Below are positions 11,881 through 24,725 of a stretch of DNA of 64,000 bases, one piece after another. The stretch lies in NCBI RefSeq assembly GCF_002854065.1, contig NZ_CP024147.1. One strand, given 5' to 3'. The first letter of the stretch is position 1, and each line of letters opens with the position of its first letter. The notes under the pieces are model-generated. The model did not search any database, was not told the origin of the DNA, and saw only the letters and a list, made by a program, of their open reading frames with translations. Both the position numbers and the translations under genes were made by a program. Source of the DNA: Escherichia coli. GTDB lineage: Bacteria > Pseudomonadota > Gammaproteobacteria > Enterobacterales > Enterobacteriaceae.

Positions 11881-14025
11881 ATGTCTAACGTGCAGGAGTG
11901 GCAACAGCTTGCCAACAAGGAATTGAGCCGTCGGGAGAAAACTGTCGACTCGCTGGTTCAGCAAACCGCGGAAGGGATCGCCATCAAGCCGCTGTATACC
12001 GAAGCCGATCTCGATAATCTGGAGGTGACAGGTACCCTTCCTGGTTTGCCGCCCTACGTTCGTGGCCCGCGTGCCACTATGTATACCGCCCAACCGTGGA
12101 CCATCCGTCAGTATGCTGGTTTTTCAACAGCAAAAGAGTCCAACGCTTTTTATCGCCGTAACCTGGCCGCCGGGCAAAAAGGTCTTTCCGTTGCGTTTGA
12201 CCTTGCCACCCACCGAGGCTACGACTCCGATAACCCGCGCGTGGCGGGCGACGTCGGCAAAGCGGGCGTCGCTATCGACACCGTGGAAGATATGAAAGTC
12301 CTGTTCGACCAGATCCCGCTGGATAAAATGTCGGTTTCGATGACCATGAATGGCGCAGTGCTACCAGTACTGGCGTTTTATATCGTCGCCGCGGAAGAGC
12401 AAGGTGTTACACCTGATAAACTGACCGGCACCATTCAGAACGATATCCTCAAAGAGTACCTCTGCCGCAACACCTATATTTACCCGCCAAAACCGTCAAT
12501 GCGCATTATCGCCGACATCATCGCCTGGTGTTCCGGCAACATGCCGCGATTTAATACCATCAGTATCAGCGGTTACCACATGGGTGAAGCGGGTGCCAAC
12601 TGCGTGCAGCAGGTAGCATTTACGCTCGCTGATGGGATTGAGTACATCAAAGCAGCAATCTCTGCCGGACTGAAAATTGATGACTTCGCTCCTCGCCTGT
12701 CGTTCTTCTTCGGCATCGGCATGGATCTGTTTATGAACGTCGCCATGTTGCGTGCGGCACGTTATTTATGGAGCGAAGCGGTCAGTGGATTTGGCGCACA
12801 GGACCCGAAATCACTGGCGCTGCGTACCCACTGCCAGACCTCAGGCTGGAGCCTGACTGAACAGGATCCGTATAACAACGTTATCCGCACCACCATTGAA
12901 GCACTGGCTGCGACGCTGGGCGGTACTCAGTCACTGCATACCAACGCCTTTGACGAAGCGCTTGGTTTGCCTACCGATTTCTCAGCACGCATTGCCCGCA
13001 ACACCCAGATCATCATCCAGGAAGAATCAGAACTCTGCCGCACCGTCGATCCACTGGCCGGATCCTATTACATTGAGTCGCTGACCGATCAAATCGTCAA
13101 ACAAGCCAGAGCTATTATCCAACAGATCGACGAAGCCGGTGGCATGGCGAAAGCGATCGAAGCAGGTCTGCCAAAACGAATGATCGAAGAGGCCTCAGCG
13201 CGCGAACAGTCGCTGATCGACCAGGGCAAGCGTGTCATCGTTGGTGTCAACAAGTACAAACTGGATCACGAAGACGAAACCGATGTACTTGAGATCGACA
13301 ACGTGATGGTGCGTAACGAGCAAATTGCTTCGCTGGAACGCATTCGCGCTACCCGTGATGATGCCGCCGTAACCGCCGCGTTGAACGTCCTGACTCACGC
13401 CGCACAGCATAACGAAAACCTGCTGGCTGCCGCTGTTAATGCCGCTCGCGTTCGCGCCACCCTGGGTGAAATTTCCGATGCGCTGGAAGCCGCTTTCGAC
13501 CGTTATCTGGTGCCAAGCCAGTGTGTTACCGGCGTGATTGCGCAAAGCTACCATCAATCTGAGAAATCGGCCTCCGAGTTCGATGCCATTGTTGCGCAAA
13601 CGGAGCTGTTCCTTGCCGACAATGGTCGTCGCCCGCGCATTCTGATCGCTAAAATGGGCCAGGATGGGCACGATCGCGGCGCGAAAGTGATCGCCAGCGC
13701 CTATTCCGATCTCGGTTTCGACGTAGATTTAAGCCCGATGTTCTCTACACCAGAAGAGATCGCCCGCCTGGCAGTAGAAAACGACGTTCACGTAGTGGGC
13801 GCATCCTCACTGGCTGCCGGTCATAAAACGCTGATCCCGGAACTGGTCGAAGCGCTGAAAAAATGGGGACGCGAAGATATCTGCGTAGTCGCCGGTGGCG
13901 TCATTCCACCGCAGGATTACGCCTTCCTGCAAGAGCGCGGCGTGGCGGCGATTTATGGTCCAGGTACACCTATGCTCGACAGTGTACGCGACGTACTGAA
14001 TCTGATAAGCCAGCATCATGATTAA
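11881..14025 (+). CDS. scpA: methylmalonyl-CoA mutase (Sbm/ScpA), B12-dependent
   Basis: Track ORF 11860..14025 trimmed to [20 protein letters not shown]... (714 aa); mutase and C-terminal B12-binding domain. Confidence 0.93.
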   Translation: MSNVQEWQQLANKELSRREKTVDSLVQQTAEGIAIKPLYTEADLDNLEVTGTLPGLPPYVRGPRATMYTAQPWTIRQYAGFSTAKESNAFYRRNLAAGQKGLSVAFDLATHRGYDSDNPRVAGDVGKAGVAIDTVEDMKVLFDQIPLDKMSVSMTMNGAVLPVLAFYIVAAEEQGVTPDKLTGTIQNDILKEYLCRNTYIYPPKPSMRIIADIIAWCSGNMPRFNTISISGYHMGEAGANCVQQVAFTLADGIEYIKAAISAGLKIDDFAPRLSFFFGIGMDLFMNVAMLRAARYLWSEAVSGFGAQDPKSLALRTHCQTSGWSLTEQDPYNNVIRTTIEALAATLGGTQSLHTNAFDEALGLPTDFSARIARNTQIIIQEESELCRTVDPLAGSYYIESLTDQIVKQARAIIQQIDEAGGMAKAIEAGLPKRMIEEASAREQSLIDQGKRVIVGVNKYKLDHEDETDVLEIDNVMVRNEQIASLERIRATRDDAAVTAALNVLTHAAQHNENLLAAAVNAARVRATLGEISDALEAAFDRYLVPSQCVTGVIAQSYHQSEKSASEFDAIVAQTELFLADNGRRPRILIAKMGQDGHDRGAKVIASAYSDLGFDVDLSPMFSTPEEIARLAVENDVHVVGASSLAAGHKTLIPELVEALKKWGREDICVVAGGVIPPQDYAFLQERGVAAIYGPGTPMLDSVRDVLNLISQHHD

Positions 14026-15013
14026 TGAAGCCACGCTGGCAGAAAGTATTCGCCGCTTACGTCAGGGTGAGCGTGCCACACTCGCCCAGGCCATGACGCT
14101 GGTGGAAAGCCGTCACCCGCGTCATCAGGCGCTAAGTACGCAACTGCTTGATGCCATTATGCCGTACTGCGGTAACGCCCTGCGACTGGGCGTTACCGGC
14201 ACACCCGGCGCGGGGAAAAGTACCTTTCTTGAAGCCTTTGGCATGTTGTTGATTCGTGATGGATTAAAGGTTGCGGTTATTGCGGTCGATCCCAGCAGTC
14301 CGGTCACTGGCGGTAGCATTCTCGGGGATAAAACCCGCATGAATGACCTGGCGCGTGCCGAGACGGCGTTTATTCGCCCGGTACCATCCTCCGGTCATCT
14401 GGGCGGTGCCAGTCAGCGAGCGCGGGAATTAATGCTGTTATGCGAAGCGGCGGGTTATGACGTAGTGATTGTCGAAACGGTTGGCGTCGGGCAGTCGGAA
14501 ACGGAAGTCGCCCGCATGGTGGACTGTTTTATCTCGTTGCAAATTGCCGGTGGCGGCGATGATCTGCAGGGCATTAAAAAAGGGCTGATGGAAGTGGCTG
14601 ATCTGATCGTTATCAACAAAGACGATGGCGATAACCATACCAATATCGCCATTGCCCGGCATATGTACGAGAGTGCCCTGCATATTCTGCGACGTAAATA
14701 CGACGAATGGCAGCCACGGGTTCTGACTTGTAGCGCACTGGAAAAACGTGGAATCGATGAGATCTGGCACGCCATCATCGACTTCAAAACCGCGCTAACT
14801 GCCAGTGGTCGTTTACAACAAGTGCGGCAACAACAATCGGTGGAATGGCTGCGTAAGCAGACCGAAGAAGAAGTACTGAATCACCTGTTCGCGAATGAAG
14901 ATTTCGATCGCTATTACCGCCAGACGCTTTTAGCGGTCAAAAACAATACGCTCTCACCGCGCACCGGCCTGCGGCAGCTCAGTGAATTTATCCAGACGCA
15001 ATATTTTGATTAA
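14018..15013 (+). CDS. argK: methylmalonyl-CoA mutase-associated GTPase (ArgK/MeaB)
   Basis: 331-aa ORF with P-loop GTPGAGKST; overlaps scpA stop. Confidence 0.92.
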   Translation: MINEATLAESIRRLRQGERATLAQAMTLVESRHPRHQALSTQLLDAIMPYCGNALRLGVTGTPGAGKSTFLEAFGMLLIRDGLKVAVIAVDPSSPVTGGSILGDKTRMNDLARAETAFIRPVPSSGHLGGASQRARELMLLCEAAGYDVVIVETVGVGQSETEVARMVDCFISLQIAGGGDDLQGIKKGLMEVADLIVINKDDGDNHTNIAIARHMYESALHILRRKYDEWQPRVLTCSALEKRGIDEIWHAIIDFKTALTASGRLQQVRQQQSVEWLRKQTEEEVLNHLFANEDFDRYYRQTLLAVKNNTLSPRTGLRQLSEFIQTQYFD

Positions 15014-15023
15014 AGGAATTTTT

Positions 15024-15809
15024 ATGTCTTATCAGTATGTGAACGTTGCCACTATCAACAAAGTGGCGGTCATTGAGTTTAACTATGGCCGAAAACTTAA
15101 TGCCTTAAGTAAAGTCTTTATTGATGATCTTATGCAGGCGTTAAGCGATCTCAACCGGCCGGAAATTCGCTGTATCATTTTGCGCGCGCCGAGTGGATCC
15201 AAAGTCTTCTCCGCAGGTCACGATATTCACGAACTGCCGTCTGGCGGTCGCGATCCGCTCTCCTATGATGATCCATTGCGTCAAATCACCCGCATGATCC
15301 AAAAATTCCCGAAACCGATCATTTCGATGGTGGAAGGTAGTGTTTGGGGTGGCGCATTTGAAATGATCATGAGTTCCGATCTGATCATCGCCGCCAGTAC
15401 CTCAACCTTCTCAATGACGCCTGTAAACCTCGGCGTCCCGTATAACCTGGTCGGCATTCACAACCTGACCCGCGACGCGGGCTTCCACATTGTCAAAGAG
15501 CTGATTTTTACCGCTTCGCCAATCACCGCCCAGCGCGCGCTGGCTGTCGGCATCCTCAACCATGTTGTGGAAGTGGAAGAACTGGAAGATTTCACCTTAC
15601 AAATGGCGCACCACATCTCTGAGAAAGCGCCGTTAGCCATTGCCGTTATCAAAGAAGAGCTGCGTGTACTGGGCGAAGCACACACCATGAACTCCGATGA
15701 ATTTGAACGTATTCAGGGGATGCGCCGCGCGGTTTATGACAGCGAAGATTACCAGGAAGGGATGAACGCTTTCCTCGAAAAACGTAAACCTAATTTCGTT
15801 GGTCATTAA
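15024..15809 (+). CDS. scpB: methylmalonyl-CoA decarboxylase (crotonase fold)
   Basis: Track ORF 14982..15809 trimmed to MSYQYVNVATINKVAVIEFNYGRKLNALS... (261 aa). Confidence 0.9.
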   Translation: MSYQYVNVATINKVAVIEFNYGRKLNALSKVFIDDLMQALSDLNRPEIRCIILRAPSGSKVFSAGHDIHELPSGGRDPLSYDDPLRQITRMIQKFPKPIISMVEGSVWGGAFEMIMSSDLIIAASTSTFSMTPVNLGVPYNLVGIHNLTRDAGFHIVKELIFTASPITAQRALAVGILNHVVEVEELEDFTLQMAHHISEKAPLAIAVIKEELRVLGEAHTMNSDEFERIQGMRRAVYDSEDYQEGMNAFLEKRKPNFVGH

Positions 15810-15832
15810 TCCCTGCGAACGAAGGAGTAAAA

Positions 15833-17311
15833 ATGGAAACTCAGTGGACAAGGATGACCGCCGATGAAGCGGCAGAAATTATCCAGCATAACGACATGGT
15901 GGCATTTAGCGGCTTTACCCCAGCGGGTTCGCCGAAAGCCCTACCCACCGCGATTGCCCGCAGAGCTAACGAACAGCATGAGGCCAAAAAGCCGTATCAA
16001 ATTCGCCTGCTGACGGGGGCGTCAATCAGCGCCGCCGCTGACGATGTACTTTCTGACGCCGATGCTGTTTCCTGGCGTGCGCCATATCAAACATCGTCCG
16101 GTTTACGTAAAAAGATCAATCAGGGCGCGGTGAGTTTCGTTGACCTGCATTTGAGCGAAGTGGCGCAAATGGTCAATTACGGTTTCTTCGGCGACATTGA
16201 TGTTGCCGTCATTGAAGCATCGGCACTGGCACCAGATGGTCGAGTCTGGTTAACCAGCGGGATCGGTAATGCGCCGACCTGGCTGCTGCGAGCGAAGAAA
16301 GTGATCATTGAACTCAATCACTATCACGATCCGCGCGTTGCAGAACTGGCGGATATTGTGATTCCTGGCGCGCCACCGCGGCGCAATAGCGTGTCGATCT
16401 TCCATGCAATGGATCACGTCGGTACCCGCTATGTGCAAATCGATCCGAAAAAGATTGTTGCCGTCGTGGAAACCAACTTGCCTGACGCCGGTAATATGCT
16501 GGATAAGCAAAATCCCATGTGCCAGCAGATTGCCGATAACGTGGTCACGTTCTTATTGCAGGAAATGGCGCATGGGCGTATTCCGCCGGAATTTCTGCCG
16601 CTGCAAAGTGGCGTGGGCAATATCAATAATGCGGTAATGGCGCGTCTGGGGGAAAACCCGGAAATTCCTCCGTTTATGATGTATTCGGAAGTGCTACAGG
16701 AATCGGTGGTGCATTTACTGGAAACCGGCAAAATCAGCGGGGCCAGCGCCTCCAGCCTGACAATCTCGGCCGATTCCCTGCGCAAGATTTACGACAATAT
16801 GGATTACTTTGCCAGCCGCATTGTGTTGCGTCCGCAGGAGATTTCCAATAACCCGGAAATCATCCGTCGTCTGGGCGTCATCGCTCTGAACGTCGGCCTG
16901 GAGTTTGATATTTACGGGCATGCCAACTCAACGCACGTAGCCGGGGTCGATCTGATGAACGGCATCGGCGGCAGCGGTGATTTTGAACGCAACGCGTATC
17001 TGTCGATCTTTATGGCCCCGTCGATTGCTAAAGAAGGCAAGATCTCAACCGTCGTGCCAATGTGCAGCCATGTTGATCACAGCGAACACAGCGTCAAAGT
17101 GATCATCACCGAACAAGGGATCGCCGATCTGCGCGGGCTTTCCCCGCTTCAACGCGCCCGCACGATCATTGATAATTGTGCACATCCTATGTATCGGGAT
17201 TATCTGCATCGCTATCTGGAAAATGCGCCTGGCGGACATATTCACCACGATCTTAGCCACGTCTTCGACTTACACCGTAATTTAATTGCAACCGGCTCGA
17301 TGCTGGGTTAA
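15833..17311 (+). CDS. scpC: propionyl-CoA:succinate CoA-transferase
   Basis: 492-aa ORF METQWTRMTADEAAEIIQHNDMVAFSGF...; last gene of sbm operon. Confidence 0.9.
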   Translation: METQWTRMTADEAAEIIQHNDMVAFSGFTPAGSPKALPTAIARRANEQHEAKKPYQIRLLTGASISAAADDVLSDADAVSWRAPYQTSSGLRKKINQGAVSFVDLHLSEVAQMVNYGFFGDIDVAVIEASALAPDGRVWLTSGIGNAPTWLLRAKKVIIELNHYHDPRVAELADIVIPGAPPRRNSVSIFHAMDHVGTRYVQIDPKKIVAVVETNLPDAGNMLDKQNPMCQQIADNVVTFLLQEMAHGRIPPEFLPLQSGVGNINNAVMARLGENPEIPPFMMYSEVLQESVVHLLETGKISGASASSLTISADSLRKIYDNMDYFASRIVLRPQEISNNPEIIRRLGVIALNVGLEFDIYGHANSTHVAGVDLMNGIGGSGDFERNAYLSIFMAPSIAKEGKISTVVPMCSHVDHSEHSVKVIITEQGIADLRGLSPLQRARTIIDNCAHPMYRDYLHRYLENAPGGHIHHDLSHVFDLHRNLIATGSMLG

Positions 17312-18204
17312 TGACTCGTCCCGTCACGATCTTCAGCAATATGCTGAAGCATCGTGGCGGTATAACGATGATTTCTGATTGAATAAAGATATTCCTGCAT
17401 ATACATCGGCCTGTGCGGTGCATCAAAATATTTCAGCGTTGCCGGATTCACCAGTCGCCAGGCAAAATGCGGGATCACCGTCAGAAAATGTCCGCGCTCC
17501 ACGGCGCTGATTTTGGCCATAAAACTGTAGGGACGATAAATAATGGTTGGATTGATCCCACAAGGTCGCATATTCGCATCAATCATTGCTTCGAAGTTGG
17601 CCCGGTTCTGAAAGCGCATTTGTAGCCAGGGCAGCTCCTGAAGCAGCTCTTGCTCTTGTCGCTCTTCATAACGGCGAGAAACGAGAAAGCCCAATCGCAG
17701 CGGCGGTAGTTCACTGATAGTCAGGTTTTCCAGTTCCTGAACTCGTGCAGATACATGCTGTGGGGAGATAATAAAATCTAACTGGCGGTCAAAAAGATTA
17801 TCGATAACGCCGTTTTCGCTGAACTCAACTGGCTGGGCGGTCACGCCTTCATACTTATCTCCGAGACTAATCAACTGATCGAAAATAATTGTCGGATAAG
17901 TATTATCTATGCCAATCACAATTTCTCGTGAACGACGTCCTGAGTTATGGATTTCATTATCAATCGCAGAAAGCCGTTGATAAACCGGGAACAGTTTTTG
18001 ATACAGTTCCTGTCCGGCTTTATTGAGGCTGATATTATTATCTTTGCGGGTAAATAGCGTATAGCCAATTTGTTCTTCCAGCGCGGCAATGCTTTTACCA
18101 AATGGCGAAGCCGTCATATGGATTTTTTCTGCCGCCCGGGCAATATTATTGGTTTGCGCTAATAAAATGAAATTGCGCATCTTTTTCGAAATAAAAATGT
18201 CCAT
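17308..18204 (-). CDS. ygfI: LysR-family transcriptional regulator YgfI
   Basis: 298-aa ORF, convergent with scpC (4-nt overlap); LysR-type N-terminal HTH. Confidence 0.85.
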   Translation of the reverse strand: MDIFISKKMRNFILLAQTNNIARAAEKIHMTASPFGKSIAALEEQIGYTLFTRKDNNISLNKAGQELYQKLFPVYQRLSAIDNEIHNSGRRSREIVIGIDNTYPTIIFDQLISLGDKYEGVTAQPVEFSENGVIDNLFDRQLDFIISPQHVSARVQELENLTISELPPLRLGFLVSRRYEERQEQELLQELPWLQMRFQNRANFEAMIDANMRPCGINPTIIYRPYSFMAKISAVERGHFLTVIPHFAWRLVNPATLKYFDAPHRPMYMQEYLYSIRNHRYTATMLQHIAEDRDGTSH

Positions 18205-18372
18205 CCCCCCCTCCCCCGCATCCTTGTCCGCTTAACCGTTTCAGTCAGCCTATCCTTGATGAAACCGCGAGCAAAGATAGGTGATTACGTCATGGTTTTA
18301 CAGAAAATTACAGAAAAAGGAGGCAATATCGGGTAAAGGCATTAGCCCGACGAATACGTCGGGCTACAAGTA

Positions 18373-19113
18373 TTATTGTGCTGCAGGTGTTTTAGCGGGT
18401 TGTTGATCCACAGGTTCTAACTGGAAGACCACATCGACCTGATCATCAAACTGAATAGCGGCCTGCTCGTAAGTTTCCTGGGCTGAGACCGGCGCGGCAT
18501 CGGCTTTCATCATCCGCACCATTGGGCTGGGCTGATAGTTGGAAACATGGTAGCGCACGCTATATACCGGCCCCAGTTTACGATGAAAGCCGTTCGCCAG
18601 TTCCTGCGCCTGATGAATCGCGTTATCAATCGCTGCCTTACGCGCTTTGTCTTTATAGGCATCCGGCTGCGCCACGCCCAGCGACACAGAACGAATTTCG
18701 TTAAGACCCGCCTTCAGCGCGCCATCCAGCAAGGAATTCAGTTTGTCTAACTGACGGAGCGTGACTTCCACCGTTCTCACAGCGCGGTAGCCTTTAAGGA
18801 TACTTTTACCATCCTGATAATCATAATCTGGCTGGGTGCGTAAGTTCGCTGAGCTGATATCTTTTTTCGCGATCTGATTGAGTTCAAGGAAGGAAATGTA
18901 TTGTGCGACGCGCTCATCTGCCTGTTTCTTGGCAGTAGCGGCATCCTTCGCGGCCACGTTAACTTCAATCGCAAGAGTGGCAATGTCTGGCACCGCATCC
19001 ACACTTGCCGTACCGGAGGTGACAATATGCGGTCCATCCGGCAATTCGTTAGCCTGCGCTGCCATCCCGCTAATACCCATTAATGCCGCCAGGGCGATAA
19101 CTTTGAACTTCAC
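18373..19113 (-). CDS. yggE: periplasmic DUF541 protein YggE (oxidative-stress associated)
   Basis: 246-aa ORF with signal peptide MKFKVIALAALMGISGMAAQA. Confidence 0.88.
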   Translation of the reverse strand: MKFKVIALAALMGISGMAAQANELPDGPHIVTSGTASVDAVPDIATLAIEVNVAAKDAATAKKQADERVAQYISFLELNQIAKKDISSANLRTQPDYDYQDGKSILKGYRAVRTVEVTLRQLDKLNSLLDGALKAGLNEIRSVSLGVAQPDAYKDKARKAAIDNAIHQAQELANGFHRKLGPVYSVRYHVSNYQPSPMVRMMKADAAPVSAQETYEQAAIQFDDQVDVVFQLEPVDQQPAKTPAAQ

Positions 19114-19205
19114 GTTAGTCTCTCCGTGTTAATTGACTTGCCCAAAATTCAGGACCTCTGGAGGCAAGCTTAGCGCCTCTGTTTTATTTTTCCATCAGAT
19201 AGCGC

Positions 19206-19841
19206 CTAACTGAACAAGGCTTGTGCATGAGCAATGCCATCTCTCGCCAGCTGCAAGGCAATAAACCACATAACACATCCCACTACCAGATTGATAATGC
19301 GCTGTGATTTTGCCGTGCGCAGGCGCGGTGCCAGCCAGGCTGCGAGAATAGCCAGACCAAAGAACCACAGGAAAGAGGCGCTAATTGTCCCGAGCGCAAA
19401 CCAACGTTTTGGTTCCACATCAAGTTGCCCGCCGAGGCTGCCCAGTACAACAAAAGTATCCAGGTAAACATGCGGATTCAGCCAGGTCACTGCCAACATG
19501 GTGGCGATAATTTTCCATCTTCCTTGCTTCAGGACTTCGGCACTGGCTAACTCAATATTACTGCTCATCGCTGTTTTAAAAGCGCCAAAACCATACCAGA
19601 GCAAGAAGGCTACGCCGCCCCAGGTGACCAGCGCCAGCAACCACGGCGACTGCATCAATAACGCGCTGCCACCAAAAATCCCGGCGCAAATCAGGACCAA
19701 ATCGCTGATAGCGCAAAGTAAGGCAATCATAATGTGGTACTGACGACGAATGCCCTGATTCATCACAAAAGCATTTTGTGGACCGAGCGGTAGGATCATA
19801 GCTGCGCCAAGCGCAAGACCTTGAAAGTAATAAGAAAACAC
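19206..19841 (-). CDS. argO: arginine exporter ArgO (LysE family)
   Basis: 211-aa membrane [39 protein letters not shown]... Confidence 0.92.
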
Positions 19842-19979
19842 GTTTGGTATTCCGAATTAAGTATCTGATGCAGAGACTATATCGCGGGATTGTTATTAGC
19901 AGAAATTGATAATATTAATTGGCAATCAGAAAAACTAATAAGAGAGAGACCAGAGAGTATTATCTGGCCTCAGCGTTGA

Positions 19980-20840
<861 letters not shown>

Positions 20841-21029
20841 TCAATATTCCTTTTCAACTGACTCAAAATGGAGAAATACACTCCGCCGCCTTATGACGGG
20901 CAGTCTGACAAGGGTAAACAATAAAGCATAATTTTGCCAAATAGATCACAGATTTCTCATCTGTATCACCTTGCTATTGGCGAAAAAAAGACCCGCAGAG
21001 CGGGGCTCAGACAGATATCAATGTGCGCT

Positions 21030-21140
21030 TTGTCATGCCGGATGCGGCGTGAACGCCTTATCCGGCCTACAAAAACCTGCGAATTCAATATATTGCAGGA
21101 TACGTGTAGGCCTGATAAGCGTAGCGCATCAGGCAATTTT
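21030..21140. repeat. REP/BIME palindromic repeats in mscS-fbaA intergenic region
   Basis: gccggatgcggcgtgaacgccttatccggcctac ... gtaggcctgataagcgtagcgcatcaggc; typical REP consensus. Confidence 0.85.
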
Positions 21141-21148
21141 TCTTTTGG

Positions 21149-21176
21149 CAAAAAAAAGACCCGCAGAGCGGGCCTT
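21149..21176 (-). terminator. rho-independent terminator of fbaA
   Basis: On minus strand ggcccgctctgcgggtc followed by T8; immediately 3' of fbaA stop. Confidence 0.7.
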
Positions 21177-21198
21177 GAGATAAGCAGAAAGGAATATC

Positions 21199-22278
21199 TT
21201 ACAGAACGTCGATCGCGTTCAGTTCCTGGAATGCTTTTTCCAGACGAGCGATCATCGAAGTCTGACCGGCACGCAGCCATACGCGCGGATCGTAGTATTT
21301 CTTGTTCGGCTGATCTTCGCCTTTCGGGTTACCCAGCTGACCCTGCAGATAAGCTTCGTTCGCTTTGTAGTAGTTCAGAACGCCTTCCCAGGTTGCCCAT
21401 TGGGTATCGGTATCGATGTTCATTTTCACTACGCCGTAGCTTACGGAGTCTTTGATTTCCTGAGCTGTAGAACCGGAACCACCGTGGAATACGAAGTTCA
21501 GGCTGTTGTGCGGCAGGTTGTGTTTCTTAGAAACATATTCCTGAGAATCACGCAGGATGGTCGGAGTCAGAACCACGTTACCCGGCTTGTAAACACCGTG
21601 TACGTTACCGAAGGACGCTGCAATGGTGAAACGCGGGCTGATTTTGCTCAGCTCGGTGTATGCGTAATCAACGTCTTCCGGCTGGGTGTACAGTGCAGAA
21701 GCGTCCATGTGGCTGTTGTCCACGCCGTCTTCTTCACCACCGGTGCAACCCAGTTCGATTTCCAGAGTCATGCCGATTTTGGACATGCGCTCCAGGTATT
21801 TAGAGCAGATTTCGATGTTCTCTTGCAGAGATTCTTCAGACAGGTCGATCATGTGAGAAGAGAACAGCGGCTTGCCGGTAGCAGCGAAGTGTTTTTCACC
21901 CGCGTCCAGCAGACCGTCGATCCACGGCAGCAGTTTCTTCGCGCAGTGGTCAGTGTGCAGGATAACCGGAACACCATAATGTTCAGCCATCTGGTGAACG
22001 TGATGCGCACCAGAGATCGCGCCCAGGATAGCAGCACCCTGCGGAACGTCAGATTTCACGCCTTTACCAGCGATAAAGGAAGCACCACCGTTGGAGAACT
22101 GAACGATAACCGGCGCTTTAACTTTAGCAGCGGTTTCCAGTACGGCGTTGATGGAGTCAGTACCGACGCAGTTTACTGCTGGCAGTGCGAAGTTGTTTTC
22201 TTTTGCTACCTGGAAAACTTTCTGTACGTCATCACCAGTGATTACGCCAGGTTTTACGAAATCAAAAATCTTAGACAT
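21199..22278 (-). CDS. fbaA: fructose-bisphosphate aldolase class II
   Basis: Track ORF 21199..22362 trimmed to MSKIFDFVKPGVITGDDVQKVFQVAKENNFALPAVNCVG... (359 aa). Confidence 0.95.
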   Translation of the reverse strand: MSKIFDFVKPGVITGDDVQKVFQVAKENNFALPAVNCVGTDSINAVLETAAKVKAPVIVQFSNGGASFIAGKGVKSDVPQGAAILGAISGAHHVHQMAEHYGVPVILHTDHCAKKLLPWIDGLLDAGEKHFAATGKPLFSSHMIDLSEESLQENIEICSKYLERMSKIGMTLEIELGCTGGEEDGVDNSHMDASALYTQPEDVDYAYTELSKISPRFTIAASFGNVHGVYKPGNVVLTPTILRDSQEYVSKKHNLPHNSLNFVFHGGSGSTAQEIKDSVSYGVVKMNIDTDTQWATWEGVLNYYKANEAYLQGQLGNPKGEDQPNKKYYDPRVWLRAGQTSMIARLEKAFQELNAIDVL

Positions 22279-22492
22279 GTCTCTTGTCCTGTATCGTCGG
22301 GCCTTATACTCGTCATACTTCAAGTTGCATGTGCTGCGTCTGCGTTCGCTCACCCCAGTCACTTACTTATGTAAGCTCCTGGGGATTCACTCTCTTGTCG
22401 CCTTCCTGCAACTCGAATTATTTAGAGTATGAAAAAATGCGTGCTCTAAAAGCGCGCTGAAACAAGGGCAGGTTTCCCTGCCCTGTGATTTT

Positions 22493-23656
22493 TTACTTCT
22501 TAGCGCGCTCTTCGAGCATCGCTACTGCAGGCAGTACTTTACCTTCCACGAATTCGAGGAATGCGCCGCCGCCAGTGGAGATGTAGGAGATTTTGTCAGC
22601 AATGCCGAACAGGTCGATTGCTGCCAGAGTGTCGCCGCCGCCAGCGATGGAGAACGCTTCGCTGTCTGCGATAGCGTTAGCCACGATTTCAGTACCTTTG
22701 CGGAAGTTCGGGAATTCGAACACGCCAACCGGACCGTTCCACAGAATGGTTTTCGCATTCTTCAGGATTTCAGCCAGTTCCTGAGCGGAAGCATCACCGA
22801 TATCCAGGATCTGCTCGTCAGCTTTCACATCGTTAACAGATTTCAGGGTAGCTGGTGCAGTTTCAGAGAACTCGGTTGCTACGCGAACATCAGACGGAAC
22901 CGGGATGTTGCAGGTGGTCAGCAGACGTTTTGCTTCGTCAACCAAGTCAGCTTCGTACAGGGATTTACCCACATCGTGGCCTTGTGCCGCGATAAAGGTG
23001 TTAGCGATACCACCACCAACAATCAGCTGGTCAGCGATTTTAGACAGGGAGTCCAGAACGGTCAGTTTGGTAGATACTTTAGAACCACCAACGATAGCCA
23101 CCATCGGGCGAGCAGGTTCTTTCAGTGCTTTACCCAGCGCGTCCAGTTCAGCTGCCAGCAGCGGGCCTGCGCACGCAACGTCAGCGAATTTACCGATACC
23201 GTGAGTAGAAGCCTGCGCGCGGTGAGCAGTACCGAATGCGTCCATTACGAACACGTCACACAGTGCAGCGTATTTTTTGGACAGGGTTTCGTCGTCTTTC
23301 TTCTCGCCTTTGTTGAAGCGAACGTTTTCCAGAACAACCAGTTCACCTTCAGCAACGTCAACGCCGTCAAGGTAATCTTTAACCAGACGAACCGGGTTAG
23401 ACAGTTTGTCTTTCAGGTAGTTAACAACCGGCAGCAGAGAGAATTCTTCGTTGTACTCGCCTTCGGTAGGACGACCCAGGTGGGAAGTTACCATCACTTT
23501 TGCGCCTTGTTTCAGGGCCAGTTCGATGGTCGGCAGAGAAGCACGGATACGCGCGTCGCTGGTTACTTTCCCGTCTTTTACTGGTACGTTCAGATCCGCA
23601 CGGATAAATACACGTTTCCCAGCAAGATCCAGATCGGTCATCTTAATTACAGACAT
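22493..23656 (-). CDS. pgk: phosphoglycerate kinase
   Basis: Track ORF 22493..23719 trimmed to [25 protein letters not shown]... (387 aa). Confidence 0.95.
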
Positions 23657-23705
23657 GGTGAATCCTCTCGTTGATTCTAAAAGTTTTGCAGACGCTGCTT
23701 GCGTC

Positions 23706-24725
23706 TTACCTGAAAGCAACAGTAGCCATAGCTAACGTCGTGTCGAGCATTCGGTTAGCAAAGCCCCATTCGTTATCGCACCAGACCAACGTTTTGATCA
23801 GGTGTGCGCCACTGACCCGGGTTTGGGTGCCATCGACAATGGCACTGTGCGGATCGTGGTTAAAATCTACAGAGACCAACGGCAATTCCGTATAGTCAAC
23901 TATACCATGAAATGCACCTTGTGCTGCTTTTTGCAGCAACAGGTTGACTTCATTGGCTTTTACAGGTTTCTTCACCGTCACGCTTAAATCGATTGCCGTC
24001 ACATTTATGGTTGGCACACGTACCGCAATCGCTTCAAAGCGATCGTTAAATTGCGGAAAAAATCGTGTGATACCGGCGGCCAGTTTAGTATCGACCGGAA
24101 TGATCGACTGGCTGGCTGCCCGGGTGCGACGCAGGTCAGGATGGTATGCATCAATAACCTGTTGATCGTGCATGGCGGAGTGAATTGTGGTCACAGTGCC
24201 GGACTCAATACCGTACGCATCATCTAACAATTTGATGACGGGAATTATGCAATTCGTGGTACAGGAAGCGTTAGAAACGATGCGGTGTTCCGCACGAAGT
24301 TGATCCTGATTGACGCCGTAAACAACGGTCGCGTCGAGATCGTTACTGCCAGGATGTGAAAAGAGCACTTTTTTGGCCCCGGCGGCAATATGCGCTTCGC
24401 CATGCTCGCGGGAGCCATATACGCCGGTGCAGTCGAGGACTACATCAACGCCAAGTTCACGCCAGGGGAGCGATTGCAGTGAACGTTCATGCAATACGCG
24501 GATGGCGTCATCACCAACAAAAAGTTGATCGCGTTCCTGTCGTACTTCCCATGCAAAACGGCCATGGCTGGTGTCATATTTCAACAAATGCGCCATGCCC
24601 GCAGCATCCGCCAGTTCGTTGATTGCCACCACGGTAATTTCCGCCCGGCGTCCGGATTCATACAAAGCACGAACCACATTACGCCCGATGCGACCGAAGC
24701 CATTTATCGCTACGCGTACGGTCAT
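23706..24725 (-). CDS. epd: D-erythrose-4-phosphate dehydrogenase
   Basis: Track ORF 23706..24809 trimmed to [30 protein letters not shown]... (339 aa); GAPDH family. Confidence 0.93.
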
